The notes beneath the pieces were generated by a model. The model was not told where the DNA came from, ran no database searches, and saw nothing but the letters and a program-made list of their open reading frames with translations. DNA of 64,000 nucleotides. Origin: Octopus sinensis (lineage: Eukaryota). Within the stretch, counting starts at the first letter, position 1. Every line of letters starts with the position of its first letter. Position numbers and translations under genes: made by a program. This document shows positions 25,101 to 41,056 of the stretch, one piece after another. The DNA lies in NCBI RefSeq assembly GCF_006345805.1, contig NC_043013.1:19034001-19098000 (forward strand), written 5' to 3'.

Positions 25101-27650
25101 GAAAGAACGATTAGAGATCTTTGTGAGGTTTGGACTACCTCTGAATTGTATTGTTTGGAAATGATGGAAGGCACTTTGTAAGGTTGGATAGACTTAATGA
25201 TTCGAATTAATAAATTATGTTCACATACCGAGTATGCATAACATTGGTGGTGAGGCTGGTCAAGTGGAGGGCGTTAGGTGTGGAGGAAATTTAGTATAGT
25301 AAGGAGTTGGGTGAAAATCCAACAAACAATACGTAATTTTTTCTACGGGAGACCTGCTTACAGAACCATTATGGTTGTAAAGTAAAGAATAGGTTTCATA
25401 CACAGAAGGATTGTTTCAAATTTATCTTGGCACCGTTAACAAATTGCAGCATCTTATTTCATCTTCCAGCTGATACATGTAAATTTTAATTATTCGTTTC
25501 AAATTTTGGTACCAGGCCAGAAATTTTGAGGAGGGGATAAGTCGATTACATCAGCCCTAGTGCTCAAATGGTACTTATTTTACCGACCCCGAAAGTACAA
25601 TGGCCAAGTCGACCTCGGTGCAATTTGTACTCAGAACTAAGTATTTTTTCGTCGTGCCAGCTCGCCGCCTTAATTTATTTTCTTTTAATTATTTACATAG
25701 AAACATAAATCTATATTGAAATGAGGTCGTGTAATGCGCATTCGCTTTTTATAAAACAGAAATAGAAGCTATTAGCTTAAAACGCGCGAATTAATCTTTA
25801 GTAGAGATGAGCTGCTGTATTGTGAACACGGCTTCAAAATGATAACCACCATAAGCAACAATTTGATGAAAAAAATACAAACATGATAAATGATATTTTG
25901 TTTCTGCAATTAGTAATTATATTGAAGAATATTATCAATTATTTTACGCTTAATTAATTATTACTATATGCTGTGAAAATCAAATCAATGAACCGGTTTG
26001 TGTTTAGAATGAACATCAATTCAGTTCTCAAACATTTATTACCATAATTTAGTCGGAAGTAAAGGATGCGGTTTCTTGAAAGCTGGTGCTGTTCGTAGAT
26101 TGATGTTCAAATTCGAAAATATGATCGGTTGAAGAGAAATATCTGTGGGGTTCAAAATGGATATCATAAAACATGTCCTAAATAAACTTATAATTATGTT
26201 GTTTGGGGATTTAAAGAATTACTTTCACAAGTAAAACTATATTTATTAGGAAGTATAAACATGTAATATTTTTTTGTCAAACAACAGAAGAAATGAGAGA
26301 TAAGAATTTAAACATGTCATGAGAACAAATTAATAATTAGCTTGTCATTTACTAATTAAATTTTAAATAACTCTTTCACACTCTACTTCATAATAAATAG
26401 TTATTCCCTTGACTAGATCAGTTTGATACGTTTTACTAACACCTTCCTTAGAAGTAGCAGTCTAATCTTCCGTGAACCAGTGTTTCAAATTGGTAAGGAC
26501 ATATTACTAAATATAGACTTCAATGAATTAGGCATGTAAAAACTAGATTATCACAGCTGGAACGCCTAGAGTCCAAGCTCTTCTTAACATCAACATGTGA
26601 GGAACTCGTGAATCTCTATTGTGACAAAAAAAAAACAACATATCACCACGCCAAAAGCACACAACATTGGTAAATTGGTACGTTGTAGAATTATGTAAAA
26701 CAACAAATTGAAATCGGAGCGAGATTGAATGATATTTATTTAATTCTAAAGTTTATTAGCATCATTATTTACATCATTGACGGATATTTGTTCTCATCCG
26801 TCAACTGTAAATAATGTAAATAATGTACATAATTCCCCATCTCTTAAATATAGAACTTTATTAGCATCGTTAGAAGACTTCATTGAATGCCAACCAATAG
26901 GAGTGTGTCTACTCAATCATGTGACTTTTAGCCAGATCTTTCTAATGATGAGTGCTTGGTGAGTCTGACATAAAGATGGTATGGTGGTGACTTGAACGTC
27001 TTTGATCATAGGTCTTGTTGATCGTGGTTAACCTGTGGCTAAAAGCAGCAGCAACAACAGAAATAACAATTACAGCAACAATAAAAATATTAATGGATTC
27101 TATTGTGAGAGATTATCAAATAAATATCAAATAAAAAATTGTTACATACATATATTCTGCTGCCTATTTACAGCTAAGTCGAGCTAGTTAGAATGTGGCA
27201 GACCACAAATAGCGATTGCCGAAACGTTCGATATTTCATCCATATAGTTGTTGTTGTTGTTTACCGTACTAATCTCACAGATTTATAACGAAAGGCATTC
27301 CAGCCAAGACCATCTAGACTATTTCTGTATCTAGGACAACATTGTCCAGTTTTACCAGTCGGTTGTGGTTTAAAGGAGATTAGCTGTTACTTCTACAGTG
27401 TATGACCGCTATATAAAGCCGCCTTCATTGGCTCGCCCCATCTCTCCTGCTATTTAGATCATTCTTGCTTTTTCTTCTTTTTTACTAATTCTTCTGTTAA
27501 CCGATGTTTTACATGTGCAAAACAAAGGACTGTTGAGTTCCTAAGGTTTTATTGTCCTCCATATGAAAATTTTTTCAAAATTCTTCATTGTAGTGCTGAA
27601 ATGATCAAACCATTTTGTCGAATAGTCTGCCATGTAAAATTCATCTAACA

Positions 27651-27800
27651 ATGTATGTATGCATGTATGTATGTATGTATGTATGTATGTATGTATGTAT
27701 GTATGTATGTATGTATGTATGTATGTATGTATGTATGAATGCAGGCATGCATGTATGTATGTGTGTATGTATGTATGTATGTATGTATGTATGTATGTAT
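27651..27800. repeat. (ATGT)n microsatellite
   Basis: Tetranucleotide tract seen directly. Confidence 0.95.
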
Positions 27801-29141
27801 TTTGAGGTAAAGCTTCATGTAGAAAAGCACTCGATCAGGGGAGAAACTAAAGGTGTTATAATAAAAACCAAAAATCTTGTTAAATACAACTACACAGGTT
27901 TTCCTGGTCAAAGTAAGTTATTTCGCCATTTCCGTATATATGTATGTATTCATGCATGCATGTATGTATGTTTGTGTAAATGTGAATGCGCCATCATGAT
28001 GTGGAACCTCCCTTATTGACTCGCCCCATCTTTGCTGTTTCTTAGTTAATTTTTGAATTTTTTTCAACAACTTTTAAGTTGACTTTGTTTCATTTGAATT
28101 CATAAATGTTTGTAACACCAACTTTCACATGTCAGTATGGAAAGCTTTCTTATGAAGACAAAAACAGCTTTTTTAACACTATATATTGAATGCTTTATAT
28201 TTTAATATATTTTTCCTTGTATGGGTTATAGTTTTGTTCTTTTATTGTATATGAAAGATTATGAAAACTGTTTTTCTTTTAACCATTGTGATATGTTCAC
28301 AGCTGTTGATTGCTAGATCCGTATTGAAAATTAACCCATGATTCAACCGTTTATCCGACCTTGACCATTGTGTCTTTTTTCTGGACTACACGTATAAACG
28401 CGATCCTCATTCTTTATGACATACAATAGAGTTGGTGAGAAATTTTCCTACTTCTAGCATAATCTCATAAAAACCTTGTTTCTGTGTTTTGTTTTTTTAG
28501 GTTTCTTTCTTTCTTGTGTCCATAGAGGGAAAGGGGAATGTTTTGTTTCTGTGATGATGTAACCTCTACATTCTTGGCCCTTTCACGAAGGCGATTCGGA
28601 GAGAGAGGGAAAGAAGGAGAGAAAGAAAGAAAGAGTGAGAGATAAACAGTCAAAAATCGAATCCATTACTTGACTGGGTTTTTTTATGTATAGATTCTGG
28701 TGATGAAAAGTAATGTTGAGTTTGAAAAGTAATGTTCTATACCACGCTCAATCGACTCTGCCATTTCGTTTTATGCCCTACAGTGAAATCGAAAACAGAA
28801 CCAAGTTGTTGCAAATTAACCTTTTTTTGTTATCACAGCTATATCACTCCTGACTTGCAAATCAACTCAAAAACTTTCTGCTATTCTGTTATGAACAAAA
28901 TGATTCTTATCAGTGTATCATAATATTCAGATAAAGAAATTTATGAATTGTCATTATGTGGAATATCTGACTTTCTCAAGGGTGTGAGAGAAAAAAAGAG
29001 TTTATTGAAAATATGAATAGCTAAACGGTCACCTTGATTTTTCGGTTGTTATACGAAAAATAAACAAGTAAACAGTCCAGACCATTATCAGAGGTTCGCT
29101 GAGATACTGGATATTTCATTGTGTGAAAATGCTACAATATA

Positions 29142-29522
29142 TATTTCTTTATTGCCCACAGGTGGGCTAAACAAAGAGGGGAAAAACAAGAACAGACAAA
29201 CTAGTATTTATTTAATCGACCCCGAAAGGATGAAAGGCAAAGTTGACCTCGACGAAATTTGAACTCGGAAAGTAACAGCAGACGAAATACCTATTTCTTT
29301 ACTACCCACAAGGGGCTAAACACTGAGAGGACAAACAAGGACAGACAAACGGATTAAGTCGTTTATATCGACCCCAGCGCGTAACTAGTACTTATTTAAT
29401 CGACCCCGAAAGGATGAAAGGCAAAGTCGACCTCGGCGGAATTTGAACTCAGTACGTAGCGGCAGACGAAATACGGCTAAGCATTTCGCCCGGCGTGCTT
29501 AACGATTCTGCCAGCTCGCCTC
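29142..29522 (-). mobile_element. SINE B head-to-tail dimer
   Basis: A full copy followed by a headless, internally deleted second unit. Confidence 0.87.
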
Positions 29523-29980
29523 CCTAATGCAACAATATTGAACAGATTACTACCTTAATAAAAATTATTAATTTTTTGTAATAATAATTTAAAAAATTAT
29601 TTACAGGTTATTTACAGCAGTCTCTGTTTTAAAATTAAGGATAAACTGTATAAGATGTCTGTGGTAATCTTTATTTTATTGTAATACTTCAGCAAATATC
29701 ACTATGAGTATTTTTTAAACCCAGCCAGTCGCAGGCTGGCAAAATCTTTACCACGTTGAGCGAAATGGTTATCAACATTTCATCCGTCTTCACGTTCTGA
29801 GTAGCTCGTGCAGCTCCAATCACATATTTTGACCTTTGGTGACCACATAGGTGCAAGCACTGCTTTGTTGGTTCCCTGTCAACATCTATTGAATCTATTT
29901 ATAGGCTAATGGGGCTTTTCTTCCTCCATAGTTAAGCCAGTAAGCTTAACTTTGTCAGCCCCCAACGACAGCAACATCCG

Positions 29981-30361
29981 TAGTGGAGGCGCAATGGCCC
30001 AGTGGTTAGGGCAGCGGACTCGCGGTCGGAGGATCGCGGTTTCGATTCTCAGACCGGGCGTTGTGTGTGTTTATTGAGCGAAAATACCTAAAGCTCCACG
30101 AGGCTCCGGCAGGGGGTGGTGGTGACCCCTGTTGTACTCTTTCGCCCCAACTTTCTCTCCCTCTTTCTTCCTGTTTCTTGTCCCCGACTTCCTACGCAAC
30201 CGCTGAGCCTAGATGCGCATTCATCCATCCGTCGATATTCTCGGTGTCGGGGGTTGACCTGCCTTCTCTTCTGCGGGTCTTATGAATAGCAAAGGACCAC
30301 GTTTCAGACTTCTCCCATCTTGCGAGCTCTAGGACGAAGACCGTTCGCTCAACAGCCACAG
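29981..30361 (+). mobile_element. SINE A head with an alternative 3' half, flanked by TSD
   Basis: 29983-30175 matches 9522-9718, while the remainder is unrelated. The TSD CAGCAACATCCG is at 29969-29980 and 30362-30373. Confidence 0.8.
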
Positions 30362-31313
30362 CAGCAACATCCGCAACAACTCATAAAAGGACAGTCATAA
30401 CGACTACACTGTTATCATGTCTTCAGAAGATATCCACACGGTGAAAAAACAACAGTAAGAATAATGATCTGCGTTGGTCATAACATTTGCAGTAGTATAA
30501 TAATGGAAATGGTACTGGCAATAATAATGATGGTAATAATAATGGTAGAGAAAACGGTGAGATGGCAGAAATGTTAGCACGCTGGGCAAAATTTGGGGTT
30601 GATTAAATAAATACGAGTTTGTCTGTCCTTGTTTGTCCCCCCTATGTTTAGCTCCCAGTCCTGTGGGAAAAAAAGACATAAATTTTGTAGCATTTTCAAA
30701 CAATAAATTATTATCCAGTATTTCGGCGAACCTCTGATATTGATCTGGACGGTTTACGTCCATCTTTACGTTCTGAGTTCAAATACTGCCGGGGTCGACT
30801 TTTGTTGAGCACTGGGGCCGAAGTAATCGGCTTAACTGCTTCCCTGAAATTGCTGGCCTTATGCCAACATTTGAAATCAATATTTTAACTCAGTCACAAA
30901 CTTGTAAAAACAAAAATATTAATGCATATTCTCCCTCAAAGATATCTCATTCTGCTGTCTGTTCCATGAGATCAGATTTGGATCTTGTGAGATTTATCTT
31001 CTGAAGGACATTAATTGTGTCAGTGACGTGACTTGACTTCCATCGGAATAGGAAACCACTTTCTTCATATGATTCTATATCGTTTCTTTTACTTGTTTCA
31101 GTCATTTAATTGCGGCCATGCTAGAGCATCGCCTTGAATTTTTAGTCGAATGAATCGATCCCAGTACTAAATTTTTAATCTTCGTACTTATTCTGTCGGT
31201 TCTTTTGCCGAACTGCTAGGTTACTGGGACTCAAAAACACCAACACCGGTTGTCAAGTGTTAAATAGGTACGTAGACACAAAAACACCCATACTTAGATA
31301 TACGTACATACAT

Positions 31314-31396
<83 letters not shown>

Positions 31397-31749
31397 TTTC
31401 AGTGGGGATGCCCCTGTATTGCCGCAGTCCAATCACTGAGATAAATAAACCTTAAAAGCTCGAGAGTAGGCATCAACATTTAATACGTTCACGTATTCTA
31501 GTTTTAAAAACTAAACGTATTTCTGTACAAAACACTGTTCTTATACAACTTGTATGTATGTGTGTATGATTTTCTGTTTTGTTTGTGTGTATTGTGCATT
31601 TATTATTAATTCAATGTATACACCATGTCATTTCATTCAGTGCCCAGCAGCCTCCTTTAATAAATGAAGTTTGTAAACACTTCACCAAGATTTACACGGT
31701 TTGGAAAGAGCGTGTGAAGTCGAAATATTAATGTCATCGAGAGAATGGG

Positions 31750-31977
31750 TTACTCTTTTACTCTTTTACTTGTTTCAGTCATTTGAGTGTGGCCATGCTG
31801 GAGCACATCGACCCCAGGACTTACTTTTTGTAAGCCTAGTACTTATTCTTTAGGTCTGTTTTGCTGGACCACTAAGTTACGGGGATGCAAACACAGCAGC
31901 ACTGGTTGTCAAGCGATTTTGGGGGGACAAACACAGACACACAAACATATACACATCACACACACACACACACACAC

Positions 31978-32046
<69 letters not shown>

Positions 32047-32212
32047 TACGACGGGCTTCTTTCAGTTACCGTCTACCAAATCCACTCACAAGGCTTTGGT
32101 CGGTCCGAGGCTATAGTGGAAAACACTTATCCAAGGCGCCATGCAGTGGAAATGAATCCGAAACCATGTGGTTCGGTTCGTAACCAAGCTACTTACCACA
32201 CAGCCACTCCTA
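31750..32212 (-). mobile_element. Bipartite SINE C with internal (CA)(TA) microsatellite
   Basis: Head 32050-32212, microsatellite 31957-32048, tail 31750-31950 ending in (AGTAAAAG) repeats. Other tails occur at 31085, 33005 and 61695. Confidence 0.82.
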
Positions 32213-32545
32213 CTTTGTTTTTGTTTTTTTAACGGGGATCTAAACGAACCAAACAAGTTTATAGTGGCGCCCCGTCATGAGAATTAGTTTATCAAATTTT
32301 CTTTGAAAAGCAGAAACATTCAAAATATGAAACTTTTACAGGTGTGACGAAATATACATTCATACCAAGTAGGCGGACGAGATTCTACGTCATTGATTTA
32401 CCTGAAAATAATAGCGGCAAGATCTACCTAAAGTCACATAAAAATACAAATACACACACTCACAAAGACACACATACACACACTCAAACCACACACACTC
32501 ACACACACATACACATACGCGCACACACATATGCCTATATATATA

Positions 32546-32612
<67 letters not shown>

Positions 32613-32616
<4 letters not shown>

Positions 32617-32806
32617 AGAATTCACAAAAAGAAAAACAAAAGACGAAGACAAGTGATGTAGACAACAAACAGATGTATCGGTTTAACGCTCGGGAAGTGA
32701 AAAGTCTTGAGCGTTTCGAGCCTACGCTCTTCCACAAAAAGGAACACAGAAAGAAACAAAGAGAGAAAATAAAGAATGTGTAGTGGCTAGCGATCTATCA
32801 TGGCGA
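32613..32806 (-). mobile_element. PLE-type terminal fragment with decayed minimal HHR (32706-32742)
   Basis: Homologous to 38450-38625. The minus strand reads CTTT-TTGTGGA-a-GAGC-gtag-GCTC-GAAAC-GCT. It abuts (TA)n. Confidence 0.7.
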
Positions 32807-33160
32807 AAAAATAATATATATAGTTAGCTTATATTCTGTTAAGAACGTAGTAGAGTACAGTATAAACATCACAACCTTCAAATTTCAGTCATTGCTATCC
32901 AGCTGTAGTATTATACGTACTGCCAGATTTCCGTTGGTGCTTCTGTAGTGTGTGAATGGATATATATGTATGCATGTATGCAGTGCCGAATTTAGAACAG
33001 GGGAACCGCCTTTAGTCGAACAAATCGACCCCAGGACTTATTCTTTGTAATCCTAGTACTTATTATATAGGACTCTTTCGCCGAACCGCTAAGTTACGAG
33101 GACATAAACACACCCGCATCGGTTGTCAAGCGATGTTGGGGGATAAACACAGACACACAG

Positions 33161-33192
<32 letters not shown>

Positions 33193-33366
33193 GTATTTAT
33201 GTATATATATGTATATGTATATATGTATATATATTTGCATATATGTATTTATGTATATTTTATATATATATATGCAATATATATATATATATTATATATA
33301 TGCAATATATCTATTGTATATATTATATATATTGTGTGTATGTATATATATATATTATATATATAT

Positions 33367-33401
<35 letters not shown>

Positions 33402-33415
33402 TATATTATATATAC

Positions 33416-33469
<54 letters not shown>

Positions 33470-33667
33470 CATATATATATTTATATATTATATATATTGT
33501 GTATATATATATTGTATATTGGAGCCATCTCAAGATTAATCAGCCGAAATTGCGAGGATGATCTGGTTCTCGACTGAAGATTGAAGCCTTCGAATGTCCC
33601 GTCCGTGTTTTTTGTATCATCTCCTAAATGTTTTGCGTTCTTGTCTCAGATTGTATTTTTATACATG

Positions 33668-36114
<2,447 letters not shown>

Positions 36115-36329
36115 ATATATATCATAAATGACTCAAGTGACCGTACAGGACACACCAAAGTCTTCAAATTAAGCAATTGTAAAAGAAGAATGATAAATGC
36201 ATTAACTAACCAAATTCCGAAGTCATTATTAGAAAACAACATTCATAAATTTCTTGATAACTCTCATACAAGGCATGTGGAAAATTAAGTCTGTATATAT
36301 ATGTGTGTATCCTAGAATGTACGTTATGT

Positions 36330-36402
<73 letters not shown>

Positions 36403-37040
36403 ATTGGAAAAATTGGAGTCAACAAGAAGAGGTACAGACATTTATTTTTTAATCACGTAGTTCTCCAGGAGTGTAGGTCTTAATTATACAACTGTTTCTC
36501 TGCATTATGAGGTGTAGTTGTTTTTCGTCAGGTGATATGTAAATATTGCCTCTGTAAGTTTAAAATCCTCGGCTTCGGGAACATCTTCTTTGCCTGTAGT
36601 GGCCTGAATTTAGTATTAGTCACTGAGCTTATCAGGGCGTGTTGTTTTTGAAGGGCTGTTGGCACATTGCTTCAAAAGTGTAGAGGTAGTGGGGTGGGGA
36701 TTCTGGTACTGATAAGGTAGTTGCTGTTTTAAAGGCACTGGCATTTTATTTCTTTGTATTACTGATTTGTTTTTCATGGCTGGTTACACATGTGATTTTC
36801 CTTAGCTGATGTTTAAGATTCAACGCTCGGACACATACACACTCTCTCCCACACACAAACACACACACTCTTTCCCCCCTCTCTCTCACACACACACACA
36901 TATATTCACATACACATACATATATACATATATGTACATAGGCGCAGGAGTGTTATTGTGGTAAAGGGCTTGCTTACCAACCATATGATTCTAGGTTCAG
37001 TCCCATTGCGTGGCACCTTGGGCAAGTGTCTTGTACTAGA

Positions 37041-37176
37041 GCCTTGGGCCGACCAAAGCCTTGGGCCGACCAAAGCCTTGGGCCGACCAAAGCCTTGGGC
37101 CGACCAAAGCCTTGGGCCGACCAAAGCCTTGGGCCGACCAAAGCCTTGGGCCGACCAAAGCCTTGGGCCGACCAAA
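37041..37176. repeat. Perfect 17-bp minisatellite x8 inside a SINE C head
   Basis: GCCTTGGGCCGACCAAA occurs eight times with no mismatches, within a SINE C head at 36938-37190. Confidence 0.97.
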
Positions 37177-37830
37177 GACTTGTGAGTGAATATGCCTACT
37201 TTTCCTCCCTGCCTGTCTCTCTCCCTCTCTTATTCTTCATCCTTTCTGGTTTTCTCTTCCACCCTTCCCTATTCTTCTCTTCCTTTCACCGTTCCCTCTT
37301 CCTTACTCCTCCTTCTCCCCCTCGTCGCTGATACGTGACGAGAGGGTAACTTTCTTTCTGACTACTGCCTTCAAAAAGTTTACAATACGTTCAAAATAAT
37401 TTTTCCATCGTCTTTAATAAACAGAAATAGGATTTGTAGCAGGCCCCAAAACAAGCTTAACATTTCTGCCCAGGATTCACAACAGTTTCTGGGTGCTGTA
37501 CCAATCCCTGTGAGTAGAATATTAGAAATAGTGAAAATAACCAAAACAAATATACATAAACAAGTACTGTCGTGGCCGAGTAGAACCATGCTTGGTTCCC
37601 AGTCACACGGTTGTAGGTTAAGTTAACACTATGTGACACCTTGGGCAATATTCTTCTAGTATAGTTGATGATCGACCAAAGCTTTATGAGTGGATTTGGT
37701 TCACGGAAACTGAAAGTCCGTCTTCTCTCTCTCTCTGGTAAGATAACAAAAGAATGAAAGAGACCGCGATATTATGTAAATAGAGGAATTTATCTGTAAA
37801 TGTAATATGTGACAATTATTCGGTAGCCAT

Positions 37831-37891
37831 GATAAAACTTCGAGTTTCGGATGCCGAGGTGGAAAACCAAGCCGCCATCTCTTCAGTTATC
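37831..37891 (-). ncRNA. Type I hammerhead ribozyme motif
   Basis: The minus strand reads GATAA-CTGAAGA-GATG[22 nt]CATC-c-GAAA-CT-cga-AG-TT-TTATC. The GUU triplet lies ~100 nt from the (CT)n tract at 37725-37736. Confidence 0.78.
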
Positions 37892-38496
37892 TGGCCATCG
37901 GAAAAATGCTATGAAAAATGACCGTTATCCAAAGGGTAATTACTGTGTGATTGACCGTTATTAAGACAAAAGAGTTATTTGAAAGACCGCTAAGTAAGGG
38001 GAGGGAGTAAAGTATTGTGTGCGTGTGTGGGTGTGGGTTTGTATGTATGTACATATACATTTGGCGAAGGAGTGAGGATGTGTACGTTTTCAAGTTTGGG
38101 TGGATGAATGTATACTTTCAGGCGGACGCACGTGGGTGTGCGGTCTCACATGTGTAGGTATGGACAAGCACGCTTACGCAAATACTATGAACTTTTTACC
38201 CCCTTATATGTACATGGGGGTCCTGAAATATTCTTGGCTTTGGCTAAGAGTAAATAGAGGTGAATCAGTTAACTATGCTTTTATTCCTCTCCCAGATGCA
38301 CAAACTCATTTCAGCGGTCCTTCAGTCCTTCTAAGCCCTGTTAAAGGACTCGTTACTTTTTGCTTCCAGCCAGGCCCTTCGTGTTAACTTTAAAGTCGGG
38401 AACATTTCAGTACTCTCTTTTTTTCTCTCCTTTTCTTCTCTCCTTTTTTTCTCTTTTTTTCCCCTCCTTGTTTCTCTTCTTGTTTTTTCTGTGTCC

Positions 38497-38532
38497 CTTT
38501 CTGTAGAAGAGCGTAGGCTCGAAACGTAAAAG
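38497..38532 (+). ncRNA. Minimal hammerhead motif with CUGUAGA (A6U) core
   Basis: CTTT-CTGTAGA-a-GAGC-gtag-GCTC-GAAA-CG-TA-AAAG. The element ends at (TA)n at 38626. Confidence 0.7.
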
Positions 38533-38625
38533 ACTTTTTCTATTCCTGAGCGTTATACTAATACATCTGTTTTTTTTGTACACCACCTGTCTTCGTCTTT
38601 TGTTTTTTTTTTCGTAAACTCTCCC

Positions 38626-38674
<49 letters not shown>

Positions 38675-39354
38675 ATAATATATATATATATATGTATATA
38701 CTTGCACACATAGATACACCAACTCTGAAAGGATAAAAGACAAAGTCGACCTCGGTGGCATTTGAACTCAGAATGATAAGCGCGGAGAAATGATGTCACT
38801 TTGCGATTTGTCTGTGTGTGTTAACGAATATATCTTAAGAAAATTATAAACGATACCGTGCAGATGTTGGCACGAAAACCCTTTCGATGGAAAACTTCGT
38901 AGTTCGTTCGTTTAAAATTATTTAACTTATCAGTTTTGTTGATATATGTTTTAACGTGCAGGTATGTCCTGCATGGGTGCAGTGCAATAATTTAAGTAAG
39001 TAAAAGAATAAATGACTGATATAATAGAAGAATACATTCTTGAAATATTAGTTGTTATCGTTTGATAATATTAGCTGTTCTTTTTTTGTTTTTGTTTTTG
39101 CAATTGTTTTCAGTATCCGGTAACAGCATTAGCATTTGATGAATCACCTTGGTTTAGGGTAGGACTGATTTGATAATGTTCGAGTGGAATTTATCGCGTA
39201 CGCCACTATGATTGGAATATAAATAATCAATCATTAACAGTGACCGTTATCACAATGACATAGTTTTATGCACATACTTGTTTGGGTAAAAAAAGGAAGT
39301 GATGAAGAGAACCATCACCTTCGGTAAATGAGTTAACTCTTTGTACAGTCAGAA

Positions 39355-39768
39355 GCGGCGAGCTGACAGAGTCGTTACGACGTCAGGCGAAATGCTTAGC
39401 AGTGTTTCGTCTGGCGCTACGTTCTGAGTTCAAATTCCGCCGAGGTCAACTTTGCCTTTCATCCTTTCGAGGTCGACTGAATAAGTACCAGTTACGCACT
39501 AGAGTCGATGTAATCGACTACCCACCTTGTGCTTTCAGTACAATGGATTTGCATATTTGTAATTAAAGCGGCGAGCTGGCAGAAACGTTAGCACGCCGGG
39601 CGAAATGCTAAGCGGTATTTCGTCTGCTGCTACGTTCTGAGTTCAAATTCCGCCGAGGTCGACTTTGCCTTTCATCCTTTCGGGGTCGATAAATTAAGTA
39701 CCAGTTACGCAATGGGGTCGATGTAATCGACTTAATACCTATGTCTGTCCTTGTTTGTCCTCTCTGTT
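39355..39768 (+). mobile_element. SINE B pair, duplicated at 41057-41470
   Basis: Two copies plus a unique spacer shared with 41057-41470. Confidence 0.87.
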
Positions 39769-41056
39769 ACGCTGATAGTTATTGCGGTAAGATCAATTTA
39801 GAGAGAAATTATGTTTCAATAAGAGTGGTTTAATGTTATATGCCTTCAGGTTTAATCACATGAAGAAATGCGACGTCCATAACCGTTTGGCAGAAACTCT
39901 GGGATTGTTTGTATGAAGGGAAGAAATATCCTAAAACCAGATTACCTGCGACAGAAAGGTGTGTGATGAAAGCACCCACAGATTAGATGGCCGTGTTGAA
40001 TAAGGAAGGAATTGTACGATAAAAAAAAATTAAAAGACCCCATTACATGTCATTTAACAGTTTTCCATAGATTCCAGTCTACCAAATTTTATACTCAATG
40101 TTTTGGTTGACAAGAAACTATAGCAGAAAATACTCACCAAAGATGCACCGTAACAGAATCAGACTTAGGCAAACGCTACTCGGAAGTGGCCCTTTTTTTC
40201 AACTACTTCAACAGAATGGTAAACAGACTAAAAATGTTCCGCAGTATATATATTTTTCACCCTCTCTCACTTATTATTATAAAAATAATTATTAGTTTTG
40301 GAACATTGACCCTCAAATTGTACTTTTGCGACTAAATTCCCGGGTACCCCACTTTTCCCATTTCACTTGATTACAGAAACCAATTTCATTTCGCTCAATA
40401 AACACTCACAACGCCCGGTTTGGGAATCGAAACCGCCATCCTACGACCGATTTCATTTCCCATCTACTGGAAATCTTTTCATTTTTACGACTTCCATTGT
40501 ATGTATGTGTGTGAATCAAGTAAAAAATATCAATGTCTATGCATCTATGTACGTACCTGTGTATGTAAATATACATGTGTGTATGTATTTTTATGTGTGT
40601 ACACGGCGCGCACGTGTATGTGTGTCTATTTGAGTGTGTCAGCTAGAAAGTAAGGAATTGTCAACTCTCATTGGTCAGTTTTCAAGGTTAACTATAAAGT
40701 TGTTTTGTCAAGAGTATAGTTGTGCATTATTTTATAAGAGCCAGCAATCTCATGAACTGAAGGTCAACGAAACAAGGAAAACATTTGTAAATGATAATAA
40801 CAATAATAAAACAAATATAATCAGGTATGAAAGGAAAAACCAACCATTCAGCTCCTTACATATCTTCAGCTTCAACAATAAAACAAGATTTATTTATTTA
40901 TTAAACAGTTAAACTAACTTCCTTACTGAGGGTTGTTGGAGTAAAAGGCATCTTGTTTAAGAACTCATTGTATTTGAATTTCCCTCACGCTTACGTAACT
41001 CATATTACTATAATATATAGATAAAGAAATCATTAATAATATAATATATATTTGTA

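Noticed and set aside
27178-27232. GGCAG..TTGCC-GAAACGT-TCGA hammerhead-like half
   Set aside because: No recognisable CUGANGA strand at the required position. It may be a very decayed copy, but this cannot be supported.
37041-37176. CRISPR-like appearance of short repeats (also 12429-12502)
   Set aside because: Contiguous tandem units with no spacers, no cas genes, and a eukaryotic context.
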